From positions 58,780 through 122,779 of the forward strand of contig JAKPPU010000034.1 in the NCBI GenBank assembly GCA_029547185.1: a DNA stretch of 64,000 nucleotides, written 5' to 3'. Shown here in pieces: positions 1-9,657 of the stretch (positions within the stretch are counted from its first letter, which is position 1; the number at the start of each line of letters is the position of its first letter). This stretch comes from Deltaproteobacteria bacterium. Lineage in GTDB: Bacteria > Desulfobacterota > Desulfomonilia > UBA1062. The position numbers and the translations under genes were made by a program. Below the pieces are notes generated by a model that made no database searches, was not told where the DNA came from, and saw only the letters and a list, made by a program, of their open reading frames with translations.

Positions 1-807
1 ATCTATCCAGCCGGTCGCACCGGGAACGTTTATCACTTCCATTCCCCTGAGGATGCCCAGACCTTTGAGGAGATCGACCGCAGAAATCATGCTTCCGGTA
101 ATGCCGTATTCATCCTGAAGGGTAGGGACCTTTTGCCCCTTTCCTTCGCCCCACGGCCATATGGCGGTGGCTTCCCTCTTCCCCTGCGCTCTCCTCGCCA
201 GGTTGACAGGATGATCCTTGAGCACCTCTTTCGATCTCTCGATGAGCTCCAGGAGCAGCTCATCATTGGGAAGGTATTCATCAATGCACTGTCCGGTAAT
301 GTCATGGGGAGGCTTTGTCTTCAAGCCTTTGTTGTCGTATTCATTGATAACCATGAGATGCCGGTACTCAACCCCGGGATAGACACGGATTCCCGGATAG
401 TTCCTGACCAGGACGCTCAATGCCTCGATAAGCACGCGTGCTTCACCGGTGGATATGTGACCGGAGCAGTAATCTTCCATGATGGAACTTCTTCCCTGCC
501 TGGAGAGGGTCACCAGGTTGATCCTGAAGGCGGTGTCGCTTTCCTGGAGGTCGACACCCATGCTGACTGCCTCGATCGGGGCTCTTCCCTTGTAATACGT
601 ACCCGGATCGAGTCCGAGGACAGACATGTTCGCCACATCGCTGCCAGGAGGAAAACCCGGCTTGACGGTCCTTACCATTCCCAGTTCTCCCGAGGCAGCC
701 AGCTTGTCCATAAACGGGATATGGGCTACTTCAAGGAGTGTTTTCCCACCCAGTTCTTCAATCGGCTCATCAGCCATTCCATCGCCGAGCAGAACGATGC
801 TTTTCAA
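1..807 (-). CDS. apgM: cofactor-independent phosphoglycerate mutase-like protein (ApgM/PGM-like family); 3' end runs off the window
   Basis: Not in the ORF track because it is open to the window edge. My minus-strand translation from TTG (805-807) reads LKSIVLLGDGMADEPIEELGGKTLLEVAHIPFMDKLAASGELGMVRTVKPGFPPGSDVANMSVLGLDP..., a typical ApgM N-terminus. It lies directly downstream of hom. Track ORF 133..876 (+) is its antisense shadow. Confidence 0.8.
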   Translation of the reverse strand, partial: MKSIVLLGDGMADEPIEELGGKTLLEVAHIPFMDKLAASGELGMVRTVKPGFPPGSDVANMSVLGLDPGTYYKGRAPIEAVSMGVDLQESDTAFRINLVTLSRQGRSSIMEDYCSGHISTGEARVLIEALSVLVRNYPGIRVYPGVEYRHLMVINEYDNKGLKTKPPHDITGQCIDEYLPNDELLLELIERSKEVLKDHPVNLARRAQGKREATAIWPWGEGKGQKVPTLQDEYGITGSMISAVDLLKGLGILRGMEVINVPGATGWID

Positions 808-870
808 CGTATCCTCTCCTCACTGGTCTTTTCCGAAAAAAATTTCCTCTTAAAGTCATACCTTAGCATG

Positions 871-2193
871 TCATGAATTCTTTTTCAGATTCTTATCCTC
901 GACCCTGATGACGACGGGCTTCCCTCCGACCTCATCGAGTGCTTCGATCGTATCGACGGCTTTTCTGATATCCGACTCTCTTGCCTCGTGGGTGAGCATG
1001 ACGATGGATACATACCCGTTCATGAGCACCCCTTTCTGGATGACCGACACAATGCTGATGTCCCTTTCCCCGAGGATCCCTGCAATCTTGGCGAGGACGC
1101 CGGGCTTATCGAGCACCTGAATCCGCAGGTAGTAATTCGTCGTGATGTCGTCGATCGGCATATAGCGCTTCGGCCGCGGAAGATCCTTGCGATAACCGAG
1201 ATGGGGGATCCGGCCGGCAATCCCTGCCAGGATGTTCCTTCCTATGTCTGCGATGTCGCTCACGACAGCGGATGCAGTCGGCATCATCCCGGCCCCTCTG
1301 CCATAGAAGAGGGTGGAGTCCACGATATCACCCCGCACGTAGAAGGCATTGAAAACTCCGTCGACCTTGGAGAGGAGATAATTGAAGGGAACCAGCGTGG
1401 GATGGACGCGCGCCTCCACCCGGTCACCCCTGTCGATAGCATGGGCAAGGAGCTTTACCTTGTACCCCAGCTCGCGTGCATACCCCACATCAAGGGTGCT
1501 GAGGTTCGTGATACCCTCCACATAGATTCCTGACATATCGGGCGGGACTCCATACGCAAGGCTGGTTATGATGGCAAGCTTGTGTGCGGAGTCGATCCCC
1601 TCGATGTCCATTGCCGGATTCGCCTCTGCATATCCGAATTCCTGGGCTGCCTTCAGGGTATCCTCAAAGGTGGAGCCCTTCTCGTTCATTTCGGTGAGAA
1701 TAAAATTGCAGGTACCGTTGAGAATTCCATAGATGAATATGAAGTTGTTCGCGACAAGGGACTCCCTGAGCGCCTTGATGATGGGGACTCCGCCTCCGAC
1801 CGATGCCTCGTAGTAGAGATCCTTGCCGTATGTCTGGGCTGCATCGAAGAGCTCTTTGCCCTTGGATGCAAGCAGTGCCTTGTTCGCCGTGACAACGTGC
1901 TTGCCCGATTTGAGGGCATCGAGAATGAATGAGCGTGCCGGCTCTATGCCGCCGATGAGTTCGACGATGATGTCGATATCCGGACTGTTGATGAGCGAGT
2001 ATGCATCGGTGGTGAGCATATCCCTGGGGATGGCGATCCCCCGGTCTTTCTCGATATCGATATCTGCAATCGAGGTCAGCTCCAGAGAGAAGCCGAGCCG
2101 CTGTTCGAGAAGGGCGGTATTTTCCAGCAATGTCTTTGCCACCCCTGTACCTATGGTCCCGAGACCGATCAATCCTATTCTTATCCTGTCCAT
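871..2193 (-). CDS. hom: homoserine dehydrogenase
   Basis: 440 aa. N-terminal Rossmann motif IGLIGLGTIGTGV, the central homoserine dehydrogenase domain, and a C-terminal ACT-like domain (YYLRIQVLDKPGVLAKIAGILG). Confidence 0.93.
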   Translation of the reverse strand: MDRIRIGLIGLGTIGTGVAKTLLENTALLEQRLGFSLELTSIADIDIEKDRGIAIPRDMLTTDAYSLINSPDIDIIVELIGGIEPARSFILDALKSGKHVVTANKALLASKGKELFDAAQTYGKDLYYEASVGGGVPIIKALRESLVANNFIFIYGILNGTCNFILTEMNEKGSTFEDTLKAAQEFGYAEANPAMDIEGIDSAHKLAIITSLAYGVPPDMSGIYVEGITNLSTLDVGYARELGYKVKLLAHAIDRGDRVEARVHPTLVPFNYLLSKVDGVFNAFYVRGDIVDSTLFYGRGAGMMPTASAVVSDIADIGRNILAGIAGRIPHLGYRKDLPRPKRYMPIDDITTNYYLRIQVLDKPGVLAKIAGILGERDISIVSVIQKGVLMNGYVSIVMLTHEARESDIRKAVDTIEALDEVGGKPVVIRVEDKNLKKNS

Positions 2194-2320
2194 ACGTGCT
2201 CCTCGTACGCTGCACTATCCTGTAAACGGCTGCTCAGGATGTCGGGTGCTCTTTCAAGCGATTCCCTGCTCACTCATCTTACACCCGATGATCCGGAATC
2301 GGCAACGCCCTTTCAGTGCT

Positions 2321-3244
2321 TTACTTCTCCCTGCGCCCCCGAATGCGTTCACTGTCCCGATCAAGACGAACCCTTTCGAAGATATCTCTCGCCTGATAGG
2401 AGCTCCTGACCAGAGGGCCCGAGATAGCATAGCGTATACCGACGCTTTTCGCAAGATCCGAGAATCTCTTGAAATCTTCCGGACGGCGATACTCGGCGAC
2501 CGGTACCTGCGACAGCGTGGGCTGCAAATACTGCCCGATGGTCACGATATCGCACCCGGCGTGCTTCAGGCTGCACATGAGATCCAGGATCTCATCTTCG
2601 GTTTCGCCGAGACCTACCATGAACCCTGATTTTACAACGAAGTCCTCCGAGTACTCGCGAGCAGTTCGAAGGACCTTGAGGCTTGTTTCGAGCTTGGCCT
2701 GAGGGCGGATCGACCGGTAGAGCCTGCCGACAGTCTCCACATTATGATTGAAGACATCCGGCTTCTCGCTGAGCACTGTTTCTATAAGATGGCGCCTCCC
2801 CGAGAAATCGGGCACCAGGACCTCTATGCTTGTATGCGGCAGGGATTTCCTGACTTCCCGGATTGCGCTGGCGAATGCGCCGGCGCCTTTGTCTTCGAGG
2901 TCGTCCCTGCTCACAGAGGTGATGACAGCATGTTCGAGCCCGAGGGACACGGCGGCCCTGGCGACCGATAGGCTTTCTTCGGGATCGGGCGGGGAAGGGT
3001 TTCCCTTACGGACCGCGCAGAACCTGCACGATCTGGTGCATACATCACCCAGGATAAGGAAGGTGGCTGACGGCTCATTGAAGCACTCGGTTATGTTCGG
3101 GCAGCGGGCCTCTTCACAGACAGTCGAGAGCCGGGCATTCCTGAGACCGGACTTCGTTTTATGCAGGCTTTTGAGCACCGTCTTCTTCTTGAGCCACAGA
3201 GGGCTTCTCTGGGAACACCCATGAGGATTTTTGCGTTCTTTCAC
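2321..3244 (-). CDS. lipA: lipoyl synthase
   Basis: 307 aa. Contains both Cys clusters: CEEARCPNITEC and the radical-SAM CTRSCRFCAV. Its start overlaps the upstream HIT gene stop by 4 nt. Confidence 0.93.
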   Translation of the reverse strand: MKERKNPHGCSQRSPLWLKKKTVLKSLHKTKSGLRNARLSTVCEEARCPNITECFNEPSATFLILGDVCTRSCRFCAVRKGNPSPPDPEESLSVARAAVSLGLEHAVITSVSRDDLEDKGAGAFASAIREVRKSLPHTSIEVLVPDFSGRRHLIETVLSEKPDVFNHNVETVGRLYRSIRPQAKLETSLKVLRTAREYSEDFVVKSGFMVGLGETEDEILDLMCSLKHAGCDIVTIGQYLQPTLSQVPVAEYRRPEDFKRFSDLAKSVGIRYAISGPLVRSSYQARDIFERVRLDRDSERIRGRREK

Positions 3245-3726
3245 TGTTCCTGCTTAAGCTTGCTTAAATGCTCTGCAATCTTGGTCCGTGTCATTTGGAT
3301 GTGCTCGGAGATAATGTGTACGTCGCTGAGCACGGGCATGAAATTGGTATCCCCATTCCACCTCGGGACTACATGCATATGGAAGTGATCCGCGATGCCG
3401 GCTCCGGCTACTGCACCGATGTTGCAGCCTACATTGAATCCGGCTGGATTCATTGCCTTGCGTGTTGCCGACATGATGTCCTTTACCATGGACATGATTT
3501 CGGAAACTTCCTCCGGGGAGAGCTCGGTCAGGTCGCCGACATGGCGATAAGGCGCGACCAGGGAGTGGCCTGCCGTATAGGGAAAGCGGTTCATAATGGC
3601 ATAGCATCTGCGCCCCTTATCCAGGATGAGAGGATCGTTGTTTGCGGGTGCACTGCAGAATATGCACGATGAGTCCTTTGGCTGGGTGATGTACTCGGCT
3701 CGCCAGGGTGCCCAGATGACGTTCAT
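3241..3726 (-). CDS. HIT family protein (Ap4A phosphorylase-like branch)
   Basis: 161 aa. Histidine triad HFHMHVVPRW and N-terminal WAPWRAEYI. Has 4-nt overlaps with both neighbouring genes, indicating an operon. Confidence 0.85.
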   Translation of the reverse strand: MNVIWAPWRAEYITQPKDSSCIFCSAPANNDPLILDKGRRCYAIMNRFPYTAGHSLVAPYRHVGDLTELSPEEVSEIMSMVKDIMSATRKAMNPAGFNVGCNIGAVAGAGIADHFHMHVVPRWNGDTNFMPVLSDVHIISEHIQMTRTKIAEHLSKLKQEQ

Positions 3727-4214
3727 ACGGGTATGATCTCTCCTCGTATCGTGTTTTTATCTATGACAATTATACCCACGGAACAGTCTGATGTAAATCG
3801 GGAGTCCGTGGGAGAGCCGGGATTGAAGAAAAAGACACCGGCCTCGTCCGCAGAGTAAGCCTGGTGAGTGTGGCCGTATATGATGATATCGGGATCGTCC
3901 TTGAAGGATGCCCTGATGCGTGAGCGGATCCCGCTCACCGACCCCCACCCGTGGATGATGCCTATGCGCATATCCTCGACCCGTATCGTCCGGCTTACCG
4001 GGTATGCCCTCTGGACATCCGCATGATCCATATTCCCGCAAACGGCCGCCACTTCCACGCCCAGGGAGAAGATGGGATCGAGCACACTCAAGGTCACCAT
4101 GTCGCCTGCGTGCACGATGAGGTCGGCATCCTCGAAATGTCTTTCGATCATGGCAGCGAAAGCCTTATCCGGTTTTGTAAGGTGGGTATCGGAGAGTACG
4201 CCTATCTTTGTCAT
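3723..4214 (-). CDS. metallophosphoesterase, YfcE/MJ0936 family
   Basis: 163 aa. Motifs GVLSDTH, HAGD, GNMD and GHTH are typical of small calcineurin-like phosphoesterases. Confidence 0.8.
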   Translation of the reverse strand: MTKIGVLSDTHLTKPDKAFAAMIERHFEDADLIVHAGDMVTLSVLDPIFSLGVEVAAVCGNMDHADVQRAYPVSRTIRVEDMRIGIIHGWGSVSGIRSRIRASFKDDPDIIIYGHTHQAYSADEAGVFFFNPGSPTDSRFTSDCSVGIIVIDKNTIRGEIIPV

Positions 4215-4240
4215 ATTATAAGTATGATTATCTCATATTC

Positions 4241-5497
4241 TCAGAGATACTCATCCGAGTCGGCATACACGTGCTTGACATCGTACACCACGCATCCGTC
4301 GGCCTTGTATTTCTTTATATCGAGCCTCTTGAATTCGTCGTGTGCAACGGCGACCATGATCCCCTCATACGAGGGCTTCAGACCGTTCTCCGAAGAGATG
4401 ATATCGATCCCGTACTCGTGCTTCACCTCAGCCGGGTCTGCAAGAGGATCGAAGATATCCACGTTGCAGGCGAAATCTTCAAGCTGCCTGATGACGTCTA
4501 TGACCTTCGAGTTTCTCGTATCAGGACAGTTCTCTTTGAAGGTGAACCCGAGCACGAGGACATTCGAATCGGTTATCCTGTGCTTCTTCTTCACCATCAT
4601 CTTGACGAGCTGGGTTGCGACATACCTTCCCATGCCGTCGTTGAGCCTTCTCCCCGAAAGGATGATCTGGGGGATGTATCCGAGGCTCTCCGCCTTGTGC
4701 GTGAGATAGTACGGATCGACACCGATGCAGTGGCCTCCGACAAGGCCGGGCTGGAAGTTTAAAAAGTTCCACTTCGTCGAGGCGGCCTCGAGCACGTCCC
4801 TCGTCTGGATACCCATGCGTGCGAAGATCATGGAGAGCTCGTTGATGAAGGCGATGTTGATATCCCGCTGGGCATTTTCGATAACCTTTGCAGCCTCGGC
4901 GACCTTTATGCTCGGTGCGAGGTGCGTTCCGGCTTCGATGATGGACGCATAGAGCGCGTCCACGATGTTGGCGGTCTCCGGGGTGGAGCCGGAGGTCACC
5001 TTCTTGATCGTGGTAAGCCTGTGCAGCTTGTCTCCGGGATTGATCCTCTCCGGACTGTAACCGCAGAAGAAATCGACGTTGTACGTGAGGCCGGATACCC
5101 GTTCGATGACCGGTACGCAGTCCTCTTCGGTCGCCCCGGGGTAGACCGTGGATTCATAGATCACGATATCTCCCTTCGCGATCGTCCTCCCGACCGTCTC
5201 GCTCGCCTTGAGCAAGAGGGTGATGTCCGGCCTGTTGAAGATATCGATGGGGGTCGGGACGGCAACGATATAGGTATTGCAGGGTTTGAGCAGTTCCTCA
5301 TCGCTCGTATACTCGAGGTGTACCGCAGATCTCAGCTCTTCCGGGCTCATCTCACGGGTTCTGTCGAGAGACTGTCTTAATTCGGCAATTCTTCTGTCAT
5401 TGACATCGAACCCTACTGTCGGGTACCTCTTCCCGAATTCGACAGCCAAAGGCAACCCGACATACCCGAGGCCGATTACCGCAATCCGATGCTCCAT
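4241..5497 (-). CDS. nucleotide-sugar 6-dehydrogenase (UDP-glucose/GDP-mannose dehydrogenase family, WbpO/TviB-like)
   Basis: N-terminal [17 protein letters not shown] fold, and a catalytic-region Cys in [13 protein letters not shown] chose the ATG at 5497 (MEHRIAV...) because GGAGGG lies about 7 nt upstream; the track ORF starts at 5518. Confidence 0.85.
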   Translation of the reverse strand: MEHRIAVIGLGYVGLPLAVEFGKRYPTVGFDVNDRRIAELRQSLDRTREMSPEELRSAVHLEYTSDEELLKPCNTYIVAVPTPIDIFNRPDITLLLKASETVGRTIAKGDIVIYESTVYPGATEEDCVPVIERVSGLTYNVDFFCGYSPERINPGDKLHRLTTIKKVTSGSTPETANIVDALYASIIEAGTHLAPSIKVAEAAKVIENAQRDINIAFINELSMIFARMGIQTRDVLEAASTKWNFLNFQPGLVGGHCIGVDPYYLTHKAESLGYIPQIILSGRRLNDGMGRYVATQLVKMMVKKKHRITDSNVLVLGFTFKENCPDTRNSKVIDVIRQLEDFACNVDIFDPLADPAEVKHEYGIDIISSENGLKPSYEGIMVAVAHDEFKRLDIKKYKADGCVVYDVKHVYADSDEYL

Positions 5498-5732
5498 ACC
5501 TGCCCTCCAACTGTACATAAGTCCCGAGACTACTCACCTAGCATCCTTCTCGGATTTATCAAAGGACATTATAAGGAGGGTTACACGGGAACGTTAAAAA
5601 AATTCTTCCCTGATGGACTTGAAATGCGCATCAGGTCATGAGAAATTCCCCTCTTCGCTTGACACAGCATTTCAAAAAACATAGACAATGAAGGACTATT
5701 CGCCATACGGTTCGATTCGATGCGGAGAATTG

Positions 5733-6575
5733 ATGGATAAGGATAAAGATAACGTGAGGATCGGAATTTTTGATTCAGGCATCGGAGGTATCACTGTCTT
5801 GAAGGAGATCCTCGATCTGATTCCATGCGCGGATATGATATACCTCGGGGACAGCGCCCGGCTTCCCTATGGGACGAAATCATCGAAGACCATCATTCGC
5901 TACAGTCTCCAGTGCGCCGATTTCCTCATGTCAAAAGGCATTGACATGCTGGTGGTGGCCTGCAATACCGCCAGTTCGCACGCATTGCCTTTCTTGAAAG
6001 AAGCGTTTCATATCCCGATCATCGGGGTGGTCGAGTCGGGTTCGCAGGCGGCGATAGATGCAGGCGGCAGGAGGATAGGCGTCATAGGCACCCCGTCGAC
6101 GATCAAGAGCGGCTCCTATGACAAGGCCCTGCATGCGCTTAAGCCCGACGTCCAGGTGTTCTCGAAGGCCTGCCCTCTCTTCGTCCCCCTGGTGGAAGAA
6201 GGCTGGTGCGAGGACAGCATCACCGAACAGGTCGCACGCCGGTATCTGGATGACATTCTGCAGTCGGAGGTCGATACCCTCCTTCTCGGGTGCACTCATT
6301 ACCCTCTGCTCAAAGGGATCATCGCCAAGGTCATGGGAAGCGGGGTGCGGATCATCGACTCTGCCCGCTCGACTGCTCACGTTGTATCCGGTCTCATCGG
6401 GGAGAATTCCAGCCGGAAACATGACCAGTCGATCGATTATTTTCTTTCCGACCTCTCTCCCGTATTCATACGGCTGGGAGAGCTTTTCCTGGGCAAGAGA
6501 ATGGAGCATGTATACGAGGTGGATCTTTGCTATAATGACTCCAACATTAACAGTGAGTGCGGGAATGCCGTATGA
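5733..6575 (+). CDS. murI: glutamate racemase
   Basis: IGIFDSGIGGITVL, VVACNTAS and LGCTHYPLL motifs (the two catalytic Cys). The internal ATG at 5733 is preferred because GGAG lies upstream; the track ORF starts at 5688. Confidence 0.9.
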   Translation: MDKDKDNVRIGIFDSGIGGITVLKEILDLIPCADMIYLGDSARLPYGTKSSKTIIRYSLQCADFLMSKGIDMLVVACNTASSHALPFLKEAFHIPIIGVVESGSQAAIDAGGRRIGVIGTPSTIKSGSYDKALHALKPDVQVFSKACPLFVPLVEEGWCEDSITEQVARRYLDDILQSEVDTLLLGCTHYPLLKGIIAKVMGSGVRIIDSARSTAHVVSGLIGENSSRKHDQSIDYFLSDLSPVFIRLGELFLGKRMEHVYEVDLCYNDSNINSECGNAV

Positions 6576-8596
6576 GCGAGAAGAGGCTTGCGAGAATAAG
6601 AAATATGGGCTTTGTCGCCCACATCGACGCCGGAAAGACCACGGTGACCGAGCGCGTGCTCTACTACACGGGCAAGATACACCGCATGGGCGAGGTCCAT
6701 GACGGCCAGGCCACCATGGACTGGATGCCGCAGGAGCAGGAGAGGGGAATCACCATCACGTCCGCCGTATCGACCTGCAGCTGGAACAATCACGAAATCC
6801 ACATCATCGATACGCCCGGACATGTGGACTTCACCATCGAGGTCGAACGGTCTTTAAGGGTGCTCGACGGCGCCGTCATGATCCTGTGCGCCGTGGGAGG
6901 AGTCCAGGCCCAGACAGAGACGGTATGGCAGCAGTGCAGGAGATACAGCATCCCCACGATCGCCTTCATCAATAAGCTGGATCGCCTGGGGGCGGATTTC
7001 GAGTCCGTGGTCAGGCAGATGACCGAGAGGCTGGAGGTCAAGCCCCTGCCGCTCCAGATTCCCTATTATGAGGATGACATATTGAAAGGCGTGGTCGACA
7101 TCGTCGGCCGGCGTCTTCTCGTCTGGGATGACGACAGCCTTGGAGCGACCTTTCAGATAGTGCCCATCCCCGATTCCGTATTGTCCGAAGCTTCGAGGGC
7201 GAGAGAATATCTCCTCGAGACGCTGGCCGACTTTGATGACGAAGTCATGGAGTTCTACCTGGCAGGGCAGGAGCCTGACGAAAAGAAGGTCAGGGAAATC
7301 ACCCGGAAGATAACCCTGGACAACAAGGTAGTCCCTGTCCTCTGCGGGTCCGCACTGAAGAACAAGGGCGTACAGCCGCTCATCGATGCGATCATCGACT
7401 ACCTGCCTTCGCCCTTCGAGGTCAAGCCGATACTGGCCCACGACAAGAACACCGGCGAAGACGTGCCGATCGAGATCACCGCCAACGGCCCGTTCGTAGG
7501 GTATGTCTTCAAGGTGTACACCGATGAAGGCCGCAGGATGATCTACCTCAGGCTCTACTCAGGTACCCTCCATGTCGGGGATGAGGTGTTCAACACCACG
7601 AGAGATACGAAGGAGAAGATCGCCCGGCTCTTCGAGATGCATTCCCACAACAAGCAGCGGATAGAGAAGGCCATGGCGGGGGATATCGTGGCAGCGGTAG
7701 GGTTGAAGGACTCAGTCACGGGGGACACCGTGGTCTCGTCCTCCGAGGATAGACCCATTGTCCTCGAGCCCATCGTGGTGCTCAAGCCCGTCATTTCGGT
7801 TGCCATCGAGCCGAAGAGCTCCGAGTCCGCTTCCAAGCTCGAACAGGGAATGCAGAAGATCATGGAGGAAGATCCCACCATCAAGGTGAACGAGGACCCG
7901 GACACCGGACAGGTGATCCTCGCCGGCATGGGAGAGCTGCACCTCGAAATCGCTGTCGACAGGTTCAAGACTGCCTTCGGAGTGGATATCAACGTCGGCA
8001 AACCGCAGGTTCTCTACTGCTCGACCATCGAGCAGACCGGAGGGGCCGACAAGGTATTCGACAAGCGCATCGGCGAGGCCGAGCACTCGGGTCATGTCGT
8101 GATCTCGGTCAAACCCGGCAAGAGGGGTGCAGGAAATACCTTTGCCATCAGCGGGACCGTCCCGCCCGATCTGGAGGGGCATATCCGTGCAGGGCTCGAG
8201 GAAGCCTGCCTGGCAGATCCCGTCTTCGGCTACGAGGTGGTCGACATCGACGTAAACGTGGAGAAGGCGTTCATCGATGAAAGGACCACTCCCCAGGGCT
8301 TGAAGATAGCGGCGCAGATGGGCCTGCAGGATGCCCTCCTGAAGGCCGGCGTCGTCCAGATGGAGCCCATAATGGAGCTTGATGCGCTGTCCCCGGAGGA
8401 GTATATCGGTGACGTGGTCGGTGATTTGAGCTCCCGGAAGGCGAGCATAGAAGGGGTCGTAATAAAAGGCAAATATCATCAAGTCAAGGCCTACGTCCCG
8501 CTCTCGAGAACCTTCGGCTACTCGACCGCGCTCAGGTCCCTCACCCGGGGGAGAGGAAGCTTCAGCATGTGGTTCCACGGGTTTGACAAGAAGTAA
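6572..8596 (+). CDS. fusA: elongation factor G family GTPase (paralog located outside a str operon)
   Basis: AHIDAGKTT, DTPGH and NKLD G-motifs plus EF-G domains II-V. The ATG at 6572 overlaps the murI TGA (6573-6575) as ATGA. Confidence 0.9.
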   Translation: MSEKRLARIRNMGFVAHIDAGKTTVTERVLYYTGKIHRMGEVHDGQATMDWMPQEQERGITITSAVSTCSWNNHEIHIIDTPGHVDFTIEVERSLRVLDGAVMILCAVGGVQAQTETVWQQCRRYSIPTIAFINKLDRLGADFESVVRQMTERLEVKPLPLQIPYYEDDILKGVVDIVGRRLLVWDDDSLGATFQIVPIPDSVLSEASRAREYLLETLADFDDEVMEFYLAGQEPDEKKVREITRKITLDNKVVPVLCGSALKNKGVQPLIDAIIDYLPSPFEVKPILAHDKNTGEDVPIEITANGPFVGYVFKVYTDEGRRMIYLRLYSGTLHVGDEVFNTTRDTKEKIARLFEMHSHNKQRIEKAMAGDIVAAVGLKDSVTGDTVVSSSEDRPIVLEPIVVLKPVISVAIEPKSSESASKLEQGMQKIMEEDPTIKVNEDPDTGQVILAGMGELHLEIAVDRFKTAFGVDINVGKPQVLYCSTIEQTGGADKVFDKRIGEAEHSGHVVISVKPGKRGAGNTFAISGTVPPDLEGHIRAGLEEACLADPVFGYEVVDIDVNVEKAFIDERTTPQGLKIAAQMGLQDALLKAGVVQMEPIMELDALSPEEYIGDVVGDLSSRKASIEGVVIKGKYHQVKAYVPLSRTFGYSTALRSLTRGRGSFSMWFHGFDKK

Positions 8597-8759
8597 GGTT
8601 CTATGAAAGAATGACTGTGTACTTGAGCTGTATGGCTTTACAAGGATGTAATGCTTTTCACAAGGGAAAGAGATCGAGACCGGCTTGATGATGAGGATTA
8701 AGCCCTCACGGGCTCAAGGGAAGTCCATCCTGTGATGGCAGGGGAATGAGAAGACCGTC

Positions 8760-9614
8760 ATGAACTTGGAAAGGCGCCTTACGTGGCTTATACAACTCAC
8801 TGTACTCACCCTGTTCGCCTGGGTGATTGCAGGTATCATCACAACCGTTACGGGATATTTCCTCTACAGCGTTCCCACCCCTATGGAGAGAACCTTTCAT
8901 CATGATTCCCAGAGGAAAGGCAGACAGCTGACGAGGAATGATTACAACATCATCGCCGAAAGGGATCTCCTGAAGGTATCCAGGACTTCGCCGTCAGCCG
9001 GGCAGGGGACAATCGACAAGGACGTGGTCCGGCCCATTGCAGCAATGGGCCTTGCCCTCAAGGGAACGATCGCCGGTCCGAAAGAGATCGCCAGGGCGAT
9101 CATCGAGAGCAACAAAGAGCAGAAGATCTACAAGATCGGGGATGAGATCATGGGAGCGACTCTCCTGGCTGTCTTCCGGAATAAGGTTATCGTGGATGTG
9201 AACGGCCAGGAGCAGATGCTGGTCATTGAGGAGGGCGAGCAGAAAGCCGGAGCCCCGGCGCCGGGAGCGGCCACCCCATCGAGATTTCCCGGCCGCGCCG
9301 CGGCAGCAGGTCCCCAGGGAATGAATCCTCTTATGAAGAACCTGGATCAATTCCTCGGTAAGGCAAGGGTCGTCCCTTACTTCAAGGGGGGAGAGCCCTA
9401 CGGTTTCAGGGTGAGCAACCTCGGCAGCGATGCGAAGGCCTACGGGCTCGGTGTAAGGGCCGGTGACATCATCCGCTCCGTAAACGGCGTTCCCGTCCGG
9501 ACGCCCGAGGATGCCTTCAAGGCGTACCAGGATTTTCAGAACGAATCCAACGTACAGTTGGAGCTTGAGAGAAACGGGCAGTCGGTAACGGTCAATGTGC
9601 CGTTGAAACAGTAA
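8760..9614 (+). CDS. gspC: type II secretion system protein C-like (N-terminal TM, HR domain, C-terminal PDZ)
   Basis: 284 aa. TM helix WLIQLTVLTLFAWVIAGIITTV, an HR-like segment LKGTIAGPKEIARAIIE...KIYKIGDEI, and a PDZ segment GFRVSNLG...GVRAGDIIRSVNGVPV. Confidence 0.7.
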   Translation: MNLERRLTWLIQLTVLTLFAWVIAGIITTVTGYFLYSVPTPMERTFHHDSQRKGRQLTRNDYNIIAERDLLKVSRTSPSAGQGTIDKDVVRPIAAMGLALKGTIAGPKEIARAIIESNKEQKIYKIGDEIMGATLLAVFRNKVIVDVNGQEQMLVIEEGEQKAGAPAPGAATPSRFPGRAAAAGPQGMNPLMKNLDQFLGKARVVPYFKGGEPYGFRVSNLGSDAKAYGLGVRAGDIIRSVNGVPVRTPEDAFKAYQDFQNESNVQLELERNGQSVTVNVPLKQ

Positions 9615-9657
9615 GGCGGCCTGACATGAGGATAAAATATGTACCTAGGTGGCAGTG

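Noticed and set aside
133-876. A 247-aa plus-strand ORF at the left edge
   Set aside because: It is antisense to a clearly recognisable ApgM-like coding frame on the minus strand (1..807). Its composition is shadow-like with no motifs.
5659-5687. A TTGACA box upstream of murI, considered as a promoter
   Set aside because: The -35 hexamer is perfect, but the best -10 candidate at 17-nt spacing is TAGACA, which matches only 3 of 6 positions.
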